Below, one piece after another: positions 1 to 10,697 of a stretch of DNA of 44,196 bases. Position 1 is the stretch's first letter. Each line of letters opens with the position of its first letter. The notes below the pieces were generated by a model. The model saw only the letters and a program-made list of their open reading frames with translations. It was not told the origin of the DNA and searched no databases. Location: the NCBI GenBank assembly GCA_044225505.1, contig JBGAIN010000057.1:1-44196 (forward strand). The letters are read 5' to 3'. Source of the stretch: Limisphaerales bacterium (GTDB lineage: Bacteria > Verrucomicrobiota > Verrucomicrobiia > Limisphaerales > SIBE01). Made by a program: the position numbers and the translations under genes.

Positions 1-806
1 TGGTTATCCGTCGGAACCGCTTCGGCGACCTCATCTTGCGCTTGAAGAAGCTGAAGGGCTCGTTCTTGCTCTGATCGAACGGTCACCCAGTAGACAGCGC
101 CGGCGGCCATCTGATCCCGAACGCCTTGCACCGGTCCGCTGTAGATCAGTTTGCCTTTCTCGATGATGGCGACTCGGTTGCAGAGGGTCTGGAGTTCGCT
201 CAAAATATGGGAAGAAATGATGATTGTCTTTCCTAACCGTTGGAGCTCTTGAAGGATCGCCATCATTTCGATGCGAGCCCTGGGGTCAAGGCCGCTCGCG
301 GGTTCGTCCAACAACAATAGTTGAGGGTCGTGGATGAGTACCCGGGCCAACCCCAACCTCTGCTGCATGCCGCGGCTTAAGGCACCGATGATAGCGCCTC
401 GTTTTTCAGTCAACCCCACCAACTCCAGAACGTCATTGACCGTTTTTTCGCGTTGCGCCGATGGGATTTTGTAACAGGCGCCAAAGAAATCGAGGTACTC
501 GGTTACCTCCATGTCTTTATAAACCCCGAAAAAGTCTGGCATATAGCCAATCACGTGCCTCACGGCGTCGGCATCTTTGACGACATCGTGACCCAACACC
601 TCCGCCCGACCACCAGACGGGGCTAAGAACGTGGCCAAAATCCGCAGCGTCGTCGTTTTCCCTGCGCCGTTGGATCCGATAAATCCAAACAGATCCCCCT
701 TGTTCACCGTGAGATTGAGGGCGTTTAACGCAATCATCGACCCGTAAATACGAGTCAAACTGAACGTTTGAACGGCCGGGACAGGCGGAGGCGTTTCGGT
801 GGTCAT
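1..806 (-). CDS. ABC transporter ATP-binding protein (3' end runs off the window)
   Basis: Translated by hand from the ATG at 806: MTTETPPPVPAVQTFSLTRIYG...GFIGSNGAGKTTT (Walker A)...LSRGMQQRLGLARVLIHDPQLLLLDEP (signature, Walker B)...SSH. ATGA overlap with the stop of the upstream gene. Missing from the ORF track because it is open at the edge. Confidence 0.95.
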   Translation of the reverse strand, partial: MTTETPPPVPAVQTFSLTRIYGSMIALNALNLTVNKGDLFGFIGSNGAGKTTTLRILATFLAPSGGRAEVLGHDVVKDADAVRHVIGYMPDFFGVYKDMEVTEYLDFFGACYKIPSAQREKTVNDVLELVGLTEKRGAIIGALSRGMQQRLGLARVLIHDPQLLLLDEPASGLDPRARIEMMAILQELQRLGKTIIISSHILSELQTLCNRVAIIEKGKLIYSGPVQGVRDQMAAGAVYWVTVRSEQERALQLLQAQDEVAEAVPTDN

Positions 807-3037
807 TGAATCTCGGGACGGCCAGCGCTCAAATGGGGCACGGCCAGTCGCAGCAGAGCATTGCGTTGGAGTCGTGGGGGTGAGAACTGGTTCATTGGTG
901 TGGTATACGATCCACTCGCATCCCAGGCCAATAGGATGGCGTCACCACGCGCGACTAGAGGAGATAAGTCCCAACCTGGCGGTGATACGAACCCCCGCTG
1001 GTGTTCGGCGCGCGGTAATTGTCCAATAAACGACGCGATCATGGCGGTAAGCGGCAAGTTCTGTAATCGACCGCTTCGCTCATCGCCCAGCGCTGTGCCA
1101 CGCGCTCGGACAGCTTCTTGAAACTCGCTGCCGTGCTGTGCCACCCAGGCGCCCAAGGCGATTCCCGAGGCAGGTGAAAGTGGCATAGACTTCTTCTCGC
1201 GAGGAGCAAGGCTTTTCAGGTCGTAGACGTAATTTGCGTAGACGACCCTAACCTCTGTCAAAGGTCGGCTCAGCAGGTTTTCCACTTCAATCACGTCGGT
1301 TCCAGCTTGATTGGTGAGAGATCCGCTGAATGGCGGGGCTCCTGGCTGAAACCAGTCATTGACGTAAAGCAGGCTTGTCCATACGGGCACGAAAATATCT
1401 GCTTGGAATACATTGCCTCGTTGTTCGACGTTGGCGCGACTCGCTTCTCGGGCGCCCCTGGTAAGGTCGAGGAGCTCGCCTCGTAGGCACGCGAACGACT
1501 GATCGAGCGCTTCTGGAGCGCTTGGTCCGAAGGCGAGTTGATAATTCGCGTTCCCGGACGAATAGATCGACGCGAAGGTCCGGCCCCGGAGGCCTGCTTT
1601 CTGCCCCCTGGGCAGCACGTCTACGACCTGCAGTTCATTCCATTCTGTCTCCCCAGCTCGAAGCTTGTAACCAATGAAGTAGATCAACAACGAAAAGAGC
1701 ACGACGTAGGTCGGAAAAGTGACCCAAGTCAGCATCTGTCGATTGATTTTCTTCAACCAGTACTGATCAAATGGGCCAATCACCACGAGGTAAACGAGCA
1801 AAAGCAACAATAGCCACTCGACGGGGAGTTTTCGAACTTGGCGACTGTCGATCAGCGCGCCGAACACGCCGTCCAAACTGGCGCCTCCGTAAGCCGCGTA
1901 TTCGATCGGACTTTGCGAGAGCCTCAGCAATCTGGACCAGAATTCCGGCCGGTTCTTCCAGGAACGAAACGGCTCACGTTCCGGACTGAAAGTAAGGACG
2001 GTCACCTGCCCACGGCCGCGATTCGCTGCAATGATCAGCGGGTGCCCCTTAGCTTCCAACACCACTTTGCCGTCGCGCAATTTACCCGTCCCAACCGCTA
2101 GTTGAGCGTCAACAAAGTTTGGATCCGTCGTGACCGAAACGGTTGAAGCTGAGGCCGAGGGGCCAGGTCCACGAAATCGCTCTTTGCGGTTGCGAGCAGG
2201 TGCAAATGGCACGGTTGGGGGCGTTGCTTCCGCTGACTCGGCGGGCTTCAGCCAGTGGTAGAGATCCTCGTCCACCGTCACGGTGACCATATCGCTCAGT
2301 TCGCAGGGGAGCAATTGTTGCAGCCAAGGTGTCGAATTGACATCCGCCAATTGCTCGACTCCGATGACCAGTTTGCCGCCTTGGTAGAGCCACATGAGCA
2401 AAGCGCCGACCTGATTCGCTTTGAGTGACAGAGCGCGTTCCGAGTTTAGATAAAGAGCATCCAAGCCTTCCAGCGCGATGGGATTATCAGGGAACTGCTC
2501 GTGCTGCAGGCGGGCGACTCTAGGCTTGAGATCAGAGCGCTCTTGGACGGCGTCCGGAAGAACGGGAACACCTGCGAAAGTCCGGGGAAGGGCCCCGAGT
2601 AGATAGCTCTCCCACGGTAAAACGTTTGGTTGAAGATTGGGACGTTCCGCCTGCAGTTTGCCGCGGTCATCGAGTAATCGGGCACTCCATTGATAAAAAC
2701 GCCCTCCCGAGGCAAAGACCGGGATGACAAATCGCTTCCGCGTATTCGTAGGCAGTTCCAAGGGAACACGTCGCAGTTGATCCGTGCCCAGGTTACCGGC
2801 GGTAAGTTCAAAAACGGCGTTGAAGGCAGGTCCATCATTGGAGACTTCGCAAGCGACTGGGAACCAGGCGGCCTCTCGCACGTTGCCATCGTAACCAAGA
2901 AAAACGTCAAACTGAATCGCAGCGGTTAGGTTAAGAGCAAAGGAAAGCAGCAGAGAGAGGCCGAGGAGCACGTGGATCGCTCCATTCGGGCGCTGGGACA
3001 ACGGGTTGGCTCGAGACGACATCACTCTAACATGCAT
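803..3037 (-). CDS. Large membrane-anchored protein, probable ABC-transporter accessory or permease-associated component
   Basis: 744 aa ORF with an N-terminal signal/TM, two internal TM helices (WLLLLLLVYLVVIGP; WVTFPTYVVLFSLLIYFIG) and large soluble domains. Translationally coupled to the ABC ATPase. Start may be 3022. Confidence 0.8.
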   Translation of the reverse strand: MHVRVMSSRANPLSQRPNGAIHVLLGLSLLLSFALNLTAAIQFDVFLGYDGNVREAAWFPVACEVSNDGPAFNAVFELTAGNLGTDQLRRVPLELPTNTRKRFVIPVFASGGRFYQWSARLLDDRGKLQAERPNLQPNVLPWESYLLGALPRTFAGVPVLPDAVQERSDLKPRVARLQHEQFPDNPIALEGLDALYLNSERALSLKANQVGALLMWLYQGGKLVIGVEQLADVNSTPWLQQLLPCELSDMVTVTVDEDLYHWLKPAESAEATPPTVPFAPARNRKERFRGPGPSASASTVSVTTDPNFVDAQLAVGTGKLRDGKVVLEAKGHPLIIAANRGRGQVTVLTFSPEREPFRSWKNRPEFWSRLLRLSQSPIEYAAYGGASLDGVFGALIDSRQVRKLPVEWLLLLLLVYLVVIGPFDQYWLKKINRQMLTWVTFPTYVVLFSLLIYFIGYKLRAGETEWNELQVVDVLPRGQKAGLRGRTFASIYSSGNANYQLAFGPSAPEALDQSFACLRGELLDLTRGAREASRANVEQRGNVFQADIFVPVWTSLLYVNDWFQPGAPPFSGSLTNQAGTDVIEVENLLSRPLTEVRVVYANYVYDLKSLAPREKKSMPLSPASGIALGAWVAQHGSEFQEAVRARGTALGDERSGRLQNLPLTAMIASFIGQLPRAEHQRGFVSPPGWDLSPLVARGDAILLAWDASGSYTTPMNQFSPPRLQRNALLRLAVPHLSAGRPEIQ

Positions 3038-3360
3038 GATCAGCTGCTCGTGTATGGTGCATCCGTATAGCCCGCCTACAGCAAAAGCAATGGTTAAGAT
3101 CTGGTTGAGTGCTGATAGACCCGTGCCTTCGCATCAAAGCTCCGCACTTTGACCGGATTTCCGCAGCCCTGCTCAAACTCTTGTCAATCTGGAACAATCC
3201 GCGATTGACGTCGCGGGCGATCGTTCACGATTTCTCTAATTCAGACAAGGGCAAGTTTAGAAAGTCACGTTCTGCGGCGGGCTTTAAGCGAGGGCCGGGG
3301 TTGGCATTTCAGAATAGCAGGACGCTGGAAGCGGCTCAGTTCGGATTTCGACCTGTGCCA

Positions 3361-4365
3361 TCATCGGATTGAGCGCGAAGAAACAGGAACTTCGCTGCCT
3401 TTTTTCTCCTTTTCCGTGAGGTTGCGCCGAAGCCGATCCCGGAGCGTCCCGTAGAACTCGTTGGTGACAAGACTCAGGTGCTGACGGGCTTGGTCGAACA
3501 TCCCGGAATTAATCTCCACACGGGCCAAGTGAACGTAAACGCCTTCCCTCTCAAAGTCGTCGTTCGCCACTTTCAGGGCATAGTTCCAAGCCTTGAGCGC
3601 GTCTTCACTCCGAAGCGGCTTGATGCCGTAGTACGATTGGGCGTAGTCGGTGGCGAGGGGAAAATTCGCTGGATCGAGCTTGAGCGCTTTGCGGTAGAGA
3701 TCGAGAGCTTTGTCGAAAACCTGCTTCTCGCTCAGATGATAGGCGTCCATGGCATCTTTGCGGAACAGATAAAGCGTCGTCGCCAGATTCTGGAGATAGA
3801 CAGGTTCGTTCGGATTCAGCTCGATCGCCTTATCGTAGTAGTCGAACGCAGTCTTGACCGGGCCGCGATGCCCGTAATGATTCGCCAAATTATTCCAGGG
3901 AGCCGGATTCTTCGGCTCCAATTGCCGCGCCTTCTCCCACTGGGCCACCCCTAGCTCCTCTTCCTGAGTCTCATAGAGAAAGCTGCCATATGCCAGACGG
4001 GCGCGAGTATGCCCGGGGTGCGCCTGGAGAAAATCCTCGTAAGCTTTTTTTACTGGCGCCAGCCGTTGCTCAATGCGAGCGGCGAGCGCGTCATCGGAAA
4101 AAGGCGCTCCTTTTGCCCGGAACGCTTTGGCCTCTCGAATCCATCGGTCCGCTTCCTCCTGCGCCGCATCGTCGTCCGCAAGGAGTCTTTGATAGGCCAA
4201 TTCTGTCGGATCCTGGGATTGGACCCGGCCAGACGTCCCGCTCGACGCCGAGGTCGGGCGGGATGGATGGGCGGCACGAGGCTCGCCGCCGAGGGCGGCA
4301 CACAGAAAGCCGATCAACAGGATACTCACGCGAAGAGCGTAGCAGAATTGATGGATTCGTGCCAA
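3361..4365 (-). CDS. Exported tetratricopeptide-repeat protein
   Basis: Hydrophobic N-terminus; TPR patterns (WNNLANHY..YDKAIELNP, YRKALKLDP). TTG start is uncertain. Confidence 0.85.
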   Translation of the reverse strand: MARIHQFCYALRVSILLIGFLCAALGGEPRAAHPSRPTSASSGTSGRVQSQDPTELAYQRLLADDDAAQEEADRWIREAKAFRAKGAPFSDDALAARIEQRLAPVKKAYEDFLQAHPGHTRARLAYGSFLYETQEEELGVAQWEKARQLEPKNPAPWNNLANHYGHRGPVKTAFDYYDKAIELNPNEPVYLQNLATTLYLFRKDAMDAYHLSEKQVFDKALDLYRKALKLDPANFPLATDYAQSYYGIKPLRSEDALKAWNYALKVANDDFEREGVYVHLARVEINSGMFDQARQHLSLVTNEFYGTLRDRLRRNLTEKEKKGSEVPVSSRSIR

Positions 4366-4430
4366 TTGGAACCGAGCACATCGGCACTTTTTGGAGTGCC
4401 GATGGCCCGAAACCCTTGACGATCGAAGCT

Positions 4431-5759
4431 TCAGATAAACTCGTTGACCAAGTTCTCCAACAGTTCCTGACGGCCGCTCGAGTTGCCCGCGATCTCTCCT
4501 TTCTTCAATATGTAAGTTTCAAGATCTTTGAAGCTGACTTTGCCCTTTTCGATCTTTTCGCCGATTCCCGAATCCCAAGAAGCGTACCGACGTCGGACAA
4601 ATTCGCTGAGTCGGCCATCTTTTTGGATCGCGGCTGCGGCTTTCAGGCCTCGGGCGAAAGCGTCCATGCCTGCAATGTGCGCGTAAAACAGATCGATCGG
4701 TTCGAAGCTTTCGCGTCGCACTTTCGCGTCGAAGTTAAGACCGCCCGTGGTAAATCCGCCCATCTTCAATACCGTCATCATTACCTGGGTCGTGAGATAC
4801 ACGTTGGTCGGGAACTGGTCGGTATCCCAGCCCAAGAGTTCATCCCCCATGTTAGCGTCGATCGATCCGAGGGCTCCAGCGGCTGCGGCGACCTCAAGTT
4901 CATGCTGCATGGTGTGACCCGCAAGCGTTGCGTGATTGGTTTCAATGTTTAACTTAAAATCAGAGAGTAGGTCGTACTCTCGCAAGAAATTCAAGCAAGC
5001 CGCGGCATCGGAATCGTACTGATGCTTGGTCGGTTCTTTCGGCTTTGGCTCAATATAGAACGGGCCTTTGAAGCCAAGCTGTTTCTTGTAATTCACGGCC
5101 AAATGCATAAAGGCGCCGAGATGATCCATTTCACGCTTAAGATCCGTGTTTAGCAGGGTCGTGTATCCTTCGCGTCCGCCCCAAAACACGTATCCCGCCC
5201 CACCAAGTTCGTGCGTCACCTCCATCGCCTTCTTGACCTGGGCTGCCGCATAGGCAAAAACGTCGGCATTGCAGCTTGTCGCGGCGCCGTGGACATAGCG
5301 CGGCTGAACAAAAAGCTGGGCTGTTCCCCAGAGCAGTCGAATTCCCGTCCGTTTTTGCTCTTCCTTCATGACGGCGACGACCGCGTCTAGGTAGCGGTTG
5401 CTTTCCCGAAGGGTCTTGCCTTCTGGGGCGACGTCGCGATCGTGGAAGGCGTAGAATGGAACGCCAAGCTTTTCCATGAACTCGAATGCGACTCGGACTC
5501 GGCGTTGCGCCATTTCCACCGAACTGGTCCCGTCTTCCCAAGGGCGAACGGCTGTCCCGACGCCAAACATATCTGCGCCCATGCCGCGAAAGGTGTGCCA
5601 GTAAGTCACAGAGAAACGAAGATGTTCCTTCATGGTCTTACCTGCCACCACTTCTTCCGCATTGTAGTGTCGAAATGAAAGGGGGTTTTTCGAGTCCGGG
5701 CCCTCGAACTGAATTTTCGAGATCTCAGGAAAGGCTGAGCGAATACTTCTAGTTTTCAT
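4431..5759 (-). CDS. xylA: Xylose isomerase (class II)
   Basis: [39 protein letters not shown] and NFDAK motifs. Start placed at ATG 5759 ([13 protein letters not shown]). Confidence 0.97.
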   Translation of the reverse strand: MKTRSIRSAFPEISKIQFEGPDSKNPLSFRHYNAEEVVAGKTMKEHLRFSVTYWHTFRGMGADMFGVGTAVRPWEDGTSSVEMAQRRVRVAFEFMEKLGVPFYAFHDRDVAPEGKTLRESNRYLDAVVAVMKEEQKRTGIRLLWGTAQLFVQPRYVHGAATSCNADVFAYAAAQVKKAMEVTHELGGAGYVFWGGREGYTTLLNTDLKREMDHLGAFMHLAVNYKKQLGFKGPFYIEPKPKEPTKHQYDSDAAACLNFLREYDLLSDFKLNIETNHATLAGHTMQHELEVAAAAGALGSIDANMGDELLGWDTDQFPTNVYLTTQVMMTVLKMGGFTTGGLNFDAKVRRESFEPIDLFYAHIAGMDAFARGLKAAAAIQKDGRLSEFVRRRYASWDSGIGEKIEKGKVSFKDLETYILKKGEIAGNSSGRQELLENLVNEFI

Positions 5760-5894
5760 AGTAGGTGTCGGAATAGACTCGAAGATTAGCGGGAAGTGCC
5801 ACGCCTGACAAGAATCAGGTGCAATAGGCAGCGGTGAACAGGAAGGGAATCCACAACCGAGATTGCTCCTAAAACTGTTTGTCACTTGTTCCGC

Positions 5895-6974
5895 ATGAAC
5901 ATTTTGCTACCCTCCCACCAAATGCGACGCCTCTCCTTGTGGTTTGCAGTCACTCTGATGGCTTGGCGCGCCGCAGCCGGCGAACGAGTGATCGACTTTA
6001 GCAAGTTCCCAGTGGACCAGACTCCACCCGGGTTCAAAAGCATTCTTTCGGGCAGCGGGACGCCAGGTGACTGGCGTATCGTTCCGGACTCGGATCCTCA
6101 GCGGTCCGAGAATGGACCAAGCTCGGAAGGATCAGCGACCACCAACGTCCTCGCTCAACTATCCACCGACAAAACGGACGAGCGGTTTCCGATTTTACTT
6201 TACGATGCAGAGTCCTATGCCGATTTCTCACTGACAACGCGTTTCAAGATTGTCAGCGGCGACGCGGAACAAATGGCCGGTATTGCCTTCCGGGTGCAGG
6301 ATACGAACAACTATTATTACGTGCGGGCGAGCGCGGGGGGGAACACGTTCCGGTTTATCAAGCTCGTCAATGGCCAGCGTCTGACGACGATCGGCCCGTC
6401 CGTCGCGATCGAACGAGGCGTTTGGCACCAACTCCAGTTGGAATGTAAAGGAAACCGGATTAGCTGCTTGCTCGACGGCAAAGAAATTATCCCTCCGCTC
6501 AACGACAATACGTTTACCACGGGCAAGATCGGTTTTTGGACAAAATCCGACTCGGTGTCGTATTTTGGGGAAACTCGAATCTCATTTACGCCTCACGAAA
6601 TCCTGGCTCAAGTTTTGGTTCGAGAAGCGCTCCGAAAGTATCCCAGACTGGTTGGATTACGGCTTTACGCGCATCAGGGCGATCTGAATGTTCCCAAAGT
6701 TGTTGCGAGCAGCCATGAAGACGAATTGGGCATGGCGGGGGGGACGGTGGAACAGGATGTCATCTCCCGCGACGTGATGTACTATGGCAAGCAGCAAAAG
6801 GTCGCCGTGGTCACTTTGCCAGTTCACGATCGAAACGGAGAAGTGGCTGGGGCTGTTAGAGTTGTCTTGCAGTCATTCCCGGGCCAGACGGAGCAGAACG
6901 CGCTCGTTCGGGCTCAGCCCGTGGTGAAGGAAATGGAGTCTCGAATTCGGACCGCAAAAGATTTATTGCAGTAG
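5895..6974 (+). CDS. Exported DUF1080 (3-keto-disaccharide hydrolase-like beta-sandwich) protein with a C-terminal Cache/PDC-like domain
   Basis: Signal peptide ([20 protein letters not shown]); [11 protein letters not shown]...AGIAFR...NYY...[13 protein letters not shown]...[13 protein letters not shown]-terminal [19 protein letters not shown]. Start 5895 or 5922. Confidence 0.75.
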   Translation: MNILLPSHQMRRLSLWFAVTLMAWRAAAGERVIDFSKFPVDQTPPGFKSILSGSGTPGDWRIVPDSDPQRSENGPSSEGSATTNVLAQLSTDKTDERFPILLYDAESYADFSLTTRFKIVSGDAEQMAGIAFRVQDTNNYYYVRASAGGNTFRFIKLVNGQRLTTIGPSVAIERGVWHQLQLECKGNRISCLLDGKEIIPPLNDNTFTTGKIGFWTKSDSVSYFGETRISFTPHEILAQVLVREALRKYPRLVGLRLYAHQGDLNVPKVVASSHEDELGMAGGTVEQDVISRDVMYYGKQQKVAVVTLPVHDRNGEVAGAVRVVLQSFPGQTEQNALVRAQPVVKEMESRIRTAKDLLQ

Positions 6975-7035
6975 CGGCGGAGATTTCTTTCGTCACAGGC
7001 TTTCTCCGGCGAGCTTCTTGCTGGTGGACCGTTTG

Positions 7036-7608
7036 ATGAAAGCAGCTGTGATCTTCGAACGGGACGGGGTGCTGAACGAGGTAAGGGTGGAGCGTCACGC
7101 GCAAGTCACCCCACTAACCCTGGATGAATTTAAGATTAACGAGTCCGCGTTAGAACCCTTGCGGGCCTTGAAAGCCGCTGGTTTTCTTCTCATCGCAACT
7201 ACCAATCAACCTGGGCTTTCGCGTGGCTATCAATCCCGCCGGGAATTGGATTTGATGCATACTATTTTGCGACGGCGTCTGGATTTGGATGACATCCTTC
7301 TCTGCGCCCACGACGAAATGGATCGTTGCCCCTGCCGCAAGCCAAAACCAGGGCTGCTCGTCGAGGCAGTGTTCAAATGGCATCTGGATCTCGATCGATG
7401 CTTTGTCGTGAGCGACAAATGGCCCGACGCACAGGCCGCGCACAACGCAGGATGCACCAGTTTGTTGATTCATTCTCCGTGGAATGGCACCGGCCACCAT
7501 GACTGCGTGCTCCCTACGCTCGGAGCCGTCGCTCAGAAAATACTTCAATTACAGTTGGCCAGTTCGCCTCTCCCGAGCGTCGCCGCGGAGTCGGCAGCTA
7601 GAACTTGA
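7036..7608 (+). CDS. gmhB: HAD-IIIA GmhB-like (heptose-1,7-bisphosphate phosphatase/histidinol-phosphatase family) protein with an atypical motif I
   Basis: FERDGVLN (canonical FLDRDG), TNQPG, C-x-H...C-x-CRKPKPG Zn site, SDKWPD. A heptosyltransferase gene lies 2 kb away. Confidence 0.75.
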   Translation: MKAAVIFERDGVLNEVRVERHAQVTPLTLDEFKINESALEPLRALKAAGFLLIATTNQPGLSRGYQSRRELDLMHTILRRRLDLDDILLCAHDEMDRCPCRKPKPGLLVEAVFKWHLDLDRCFVVSDKWPDAQAAHNAGCTSLLIHSPWNGTGHHDCVLPTLGAVAQKILQLQLASSPLPSVAAESAART

Positions 7609-8698
7609 GCCCAACGAGCGATCGGACTTGCAGGTCGTTCTTGGAAACCCCCGGCGGGGAAGCCGTGTCGTAAAGGTCGACAACGTTTAGGGTCAACGTC
7701 AGGTTCTGCTTTAACAAGTAACTAAGATTACTCTCGAAGCGTACCCGGTACTCCGAAAAATCTCGCACTTCCGGAAAGAACTCCAGCCGTTCGTCCCAGC
7801 GAATTTTCGGAGTAATCTGCCACCAGGCGTCTTCAGCCAGGCGCAACGAGTAACGGCTCGAGACGTTTTTTTGGATGAAAAACTGTTCCTGGTAGTCCCC
7901 ACCCAACTCGTTCTTGAAGACAAAATTGGTCCGGACGACCCATTTGTAACCTAATCCCGGACCGACATCGTACTGGAAATTCACGCCCCGAACTTCGTCA
8001 TAACCCGCGCGAAACGCATTGTAGAGCAGAAATCGTTTGCTTAGGTCGTACTCAGACTTCCAAGTCCCATCCATGCGATTATCGGATAATATGTTATCGG
8101 TCGTTCCATAGGAGACATCGTACTGAAGGATATTTCGCAACGCGTGGGAGTTCGGGAATCGGTGATCGTGCGCCAATTTGATGAGGCCCGTAAACGCTTC
8201 CCGGTCTTTGGTGCTAAACCCCAGATTTGCCCCCAGTTGGGCTTCTCCTCTCCATTCGGAGAAGAACTGCTGCCATAAAGAACGTTCCGGCACCTTAGGT
8301 TTCGTTTCCGCGGGCTTGGCCGCGCCCCCCGCGTGCTGGGCCATGGACGACTTGTTCGTGAGGATCAGTTCCCCCACCACGCCCGAGGCTGGAGCGACTG
8401 GGCGAATCAAACTATTGGTTGAAATGGCGGTCGTGGCGTTCGTCCCGGCACTTGGCGGGCGAATCGGTTCACTTTTTAAGACGAGGGTGTTCGGGATCGA
8501 GAGCTTGTCTGAAAACGGCGTCGCGAGGACGATCGCGTTAGTCGATTCGGAAATGAGTCGGCCCGTGATGCGATCGCCATTGCGCAGGTGCACCGCGACC
8601 TCCTGCGCCGAGGCGCTCGAGCAAACCGCGACCAACAGCCAAGTTAGCCATCCCCATTGCGTGAAATGGCATGGCCTATGGTTGGGGAAGCTTGGCAT
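7598..8698 (-). CDS. DUF481-family outer-membrane beta-barrel protein
   Basis: Signal peptide, N-terminal LRNGDRITG module, Pro/Ala linker, amphipathic beta strands, C-terminal ...LGLKF. Start placed at ATG 8698. Confidence 0.85.
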   Translation of the reverse strand: MPSFPNHRPCHFTQWGWLTWLLVAVCSSASAQEVAVHLRNGDRITGRLISESTNAIVLATPFSDKLSIPNTLVLKSEPIRPPSAGTNATTAISTNSLIRPVAPASGVVGELILTNKSSMAQHAGGAAKPAETKPKVPERSLWQQFFSEWRGEAQLGANLGFSTKDREAFTGLIKLAHDHRFPNSHALRNILQYDVSYGTTDNILSDNRMDGTWKSEYDLSKRFLLYNAFRAGYDEVRGVNFQYDVGPGLGYKWVVRTNFVFKNELGGDYQEQFFIQKNVSSRYSLRLAEDAWWQITPKIRWDERLEFFPEVRDFSEYRVRFESNLSYLLKQNLTLTLNVVDLYDTASPPGVSKNDLQVRSLVGLKF

Positions 8699-9554
8699 TC
8701 GATGGAGCCGTCGAGCTGACGGGCGGGGGAAGGTCGTTAGGCATGACACGACGTTGTCCACCCACAACACTGATACGGCCGTCCGTTTCCGCACGCAGAA
8801 CCGGGCGGGACGCGGCATACTCATAAGTCTCACGGGCGACTAACACACCGTCCGGATTGACCAAGCAATGGATAAAGGTTCGTCCGCTCGCTTGGTAAAG
8901 CACGTGAAAGTTACTGAACCGATCAACCTGTGGCTCCGGGTTGCTGAAAGAAACCATCTGCCCCAACGGATAAATGCGGAAGATTTGTCCGCCTTTTGAG
9001 TCGGTCAATCGGAAGTAAAGCTGGATGACGCGTGAATGACTGGTCTGTAGTAAAGCGTAGCGGCGAATTTCCGGAACGGCGGTGGAATCGTTCGCGCTCC
9101 CTGGCACTCCAAATTCCTGCTCCCAAAGACTGTTACCGCGAATAATGTCAAAGCTGACCGCTTTGCATTGCACCGCGTGGCGCCATTGCGGCACCAGGAG
9201 AGTGGCACTTACATAGTAACGGCCCGGTTGCGTCAGATCGAAATAAGGAGCCAAATCGACGCGCTTGGTCCCGGTCATGGACGGTTCCAAACTGAACTCC
9301 CCTTTCACCGGGACGGTCCCGCGTTTACTTACCGCAAGGTGCCGTGAGTCCTCAACGGTGAACGAGAGCCAAGTTTCGTCGGTGCCTAATTTGAGTTCCT
9401 GCCCGGTAAAGTTGGCGACGCGGGCTTTGACCACGAGCGCTTCGCCAGGGAGATACTGCTCTTGATCGAGCACGAGCTCAATCGAGACGGCCTGCCCACG
9501 TGCGACTAGCACCGTGGCAACCAAGCATCCCAGCGTGGCAAAAAGAGATTTCAT
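8676..9554 (-). CDS. Conserved-looking exported hypothetical protein
   Basis: 292 aa ORF with a signal peptide (MKSLFATLGCLVATVLVARG) and a beta-rich body. Its end overlaps the start of the DUF481 gene. Confidence 0.8.
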   Translation of the reverse strand: MKSLFATLGCLVATVLVARGQAVSIELVLDQEQYLPGEALVVKARVANFTGQELKLGTDETWLSFTVEDSRHLAVSKRGTVPVKGEFSLEPSMTGTKRVDLAPYFDLTQPGRYYVSATLLVPQWRHAVQCKAVSFDIIRGNSLWEQEFGVPGSANDSTAVPEIRRYALLQTSHSRVIQLYFRLTDSKGGQIFRIYPLGQMVSFSNPEPQVDRFSNFHVLYQASGRTFIHCLVNPDGVLVARETYEYAASRPVLRAETDGRISVVGGQRRVMPNDLPPPVSSTAPSNAKLPQP

Positions 9555-9680
9555 TAGACCACTTTAGAATGGTGCATCGCACTGGCAAGCCGCAAATCAA
9601 GACCTGGGCGGCTCACCCGCCGCACTCGCGGCCGGTGAAATTGCACAACGCTTTATCGACGCGCCAGTGTCGCGCCTTAT

Positions 9681-10697
9681 TCACAAATCCAACAAGCGGT
9701 GGGCTCGGGCGTAGACGGTTTTCCAAGGGATTCCTCGGAGGCATTCCAGAGGCGGTGTCCAATGGCAGGAAGGCTTTAGGCACGGAGAGCAGGGCAGGGG
9801 GATCCGAAGGGTATTGTCAGCGTCGCCGTAGGGTCCCGTGCGACGCGGATCGGTGGGGCCAAACAACGAAATCAGCGGCGTGCGCAATGCTGCCGCGACG
9901 TGCATCGGGCCTGTGTCATTGCTAATAACGAGCGTGCTGAGACGGATCCACTCGATCATTTCACTCAGGGTCGTGTTTCCCGTCAAATCCAAACATCGGT
10001 TTGGGGCAGCGTGGAGAATGGGTGCGGCCAGTTCGCGCTCGTTCGCGCTGCCCATCACGGCAAAATGCAGGTCCGGTTGATCCTGGGCAAGCGCTCGAAC
10101 TACTTGAGCGAAGTTCTCCGCTGGCCAACGTTTGTTCAACCAGCGAGCGCCAGGATGAATCACCACCCACTTGCCTTGCGCGCAGGGCCACTTCTTGTGC
10201 AGGGCCTCTTGGGTTTCGGGGCGTGGCGGCAGCCACGCATAATTGGAGTGGACCGGAATTCCAAGAGCGTGCACTACCCTCAGATACCAATCGAGCGCGT
10301 GGGCGTTTTCCCCGGGGCGTGGGATGCTGAGGTCGTAAAATGCAGGAGCGCCTTCACGCCAATCCTCGACTCCGATCGTGACACGGCCGTGCACAAGCCA
10401 ACTGATAAGGCTGCTGCGCGCCAATCCCTGCAGGTCGATGACCTGATCGAACTGGTGCGCGCGCATTTCGCGAACGCTCTGGATGAGTTCGTTCCAATGG
10501 CGGGGCCAGGCCCAACGGCGGCGATGGAACAGAAATAAGCCGCTCAAATCGGGATCCGGGCGAAGCAGGTCTGCGAGATCTGAGGAGATCCACCAATAAA
10601 TCTGATGAGTGCGGTCATGCGCCTTTAACAACCGCAGCACCGGCAACGCTTGGATCACGTCTCCGAGCGAGCTCGGTTTTAAGACAGGGATCTTCAA
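9681..10697 (-). CDS. GT9 lipopolysaccharide heptosyltransferase (WaaC/WaaF-like)
   Basis: KPSSLGDV, IDLQGL..S, HPGARWLNKRWP, NDTGPMHVAAA, LFGPT. TTG start. Confidence 0.92.
   Translation of the reverse strand: MKIPVLKPSSLGDVIQALPVLRLLKAHDRTHQIYWWISSDLADLLRPDPDLSGLFLFHRRRWAWPRHWNELIQSVREMRAHQFDQVIDLQGLARSSLISWLVHGRVTIGVEDWREGAPAFYDLSIPRPGENAHALDWYLRVVHALGIPVHSNYAWLPPRPETQEALHKKWPCAQGKWVVIHPGARWLNKRWPAENFAQVVRALAQDQPDLHFAVMGSANERELAAPILHAAPNRCLDLTGNTTLSEMIEWIRLSTLVISNDTGPMHVAAALRTPLISLFGPTDPRRTGPYGDADNTLRIPLPCSPCLKPSCHWTPPLECLRGIPWKTVYARAHRLLDL

Noticed and set aside
3990..4952. Long antisense or overlapping ORFs (also 8178-8843, 19760-20590, 26809-27894, 31196-31981, 42911-43579 and others)
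   Set aside because: Shadow ORFs of well-supported genes, expected in GC-rich DNA.
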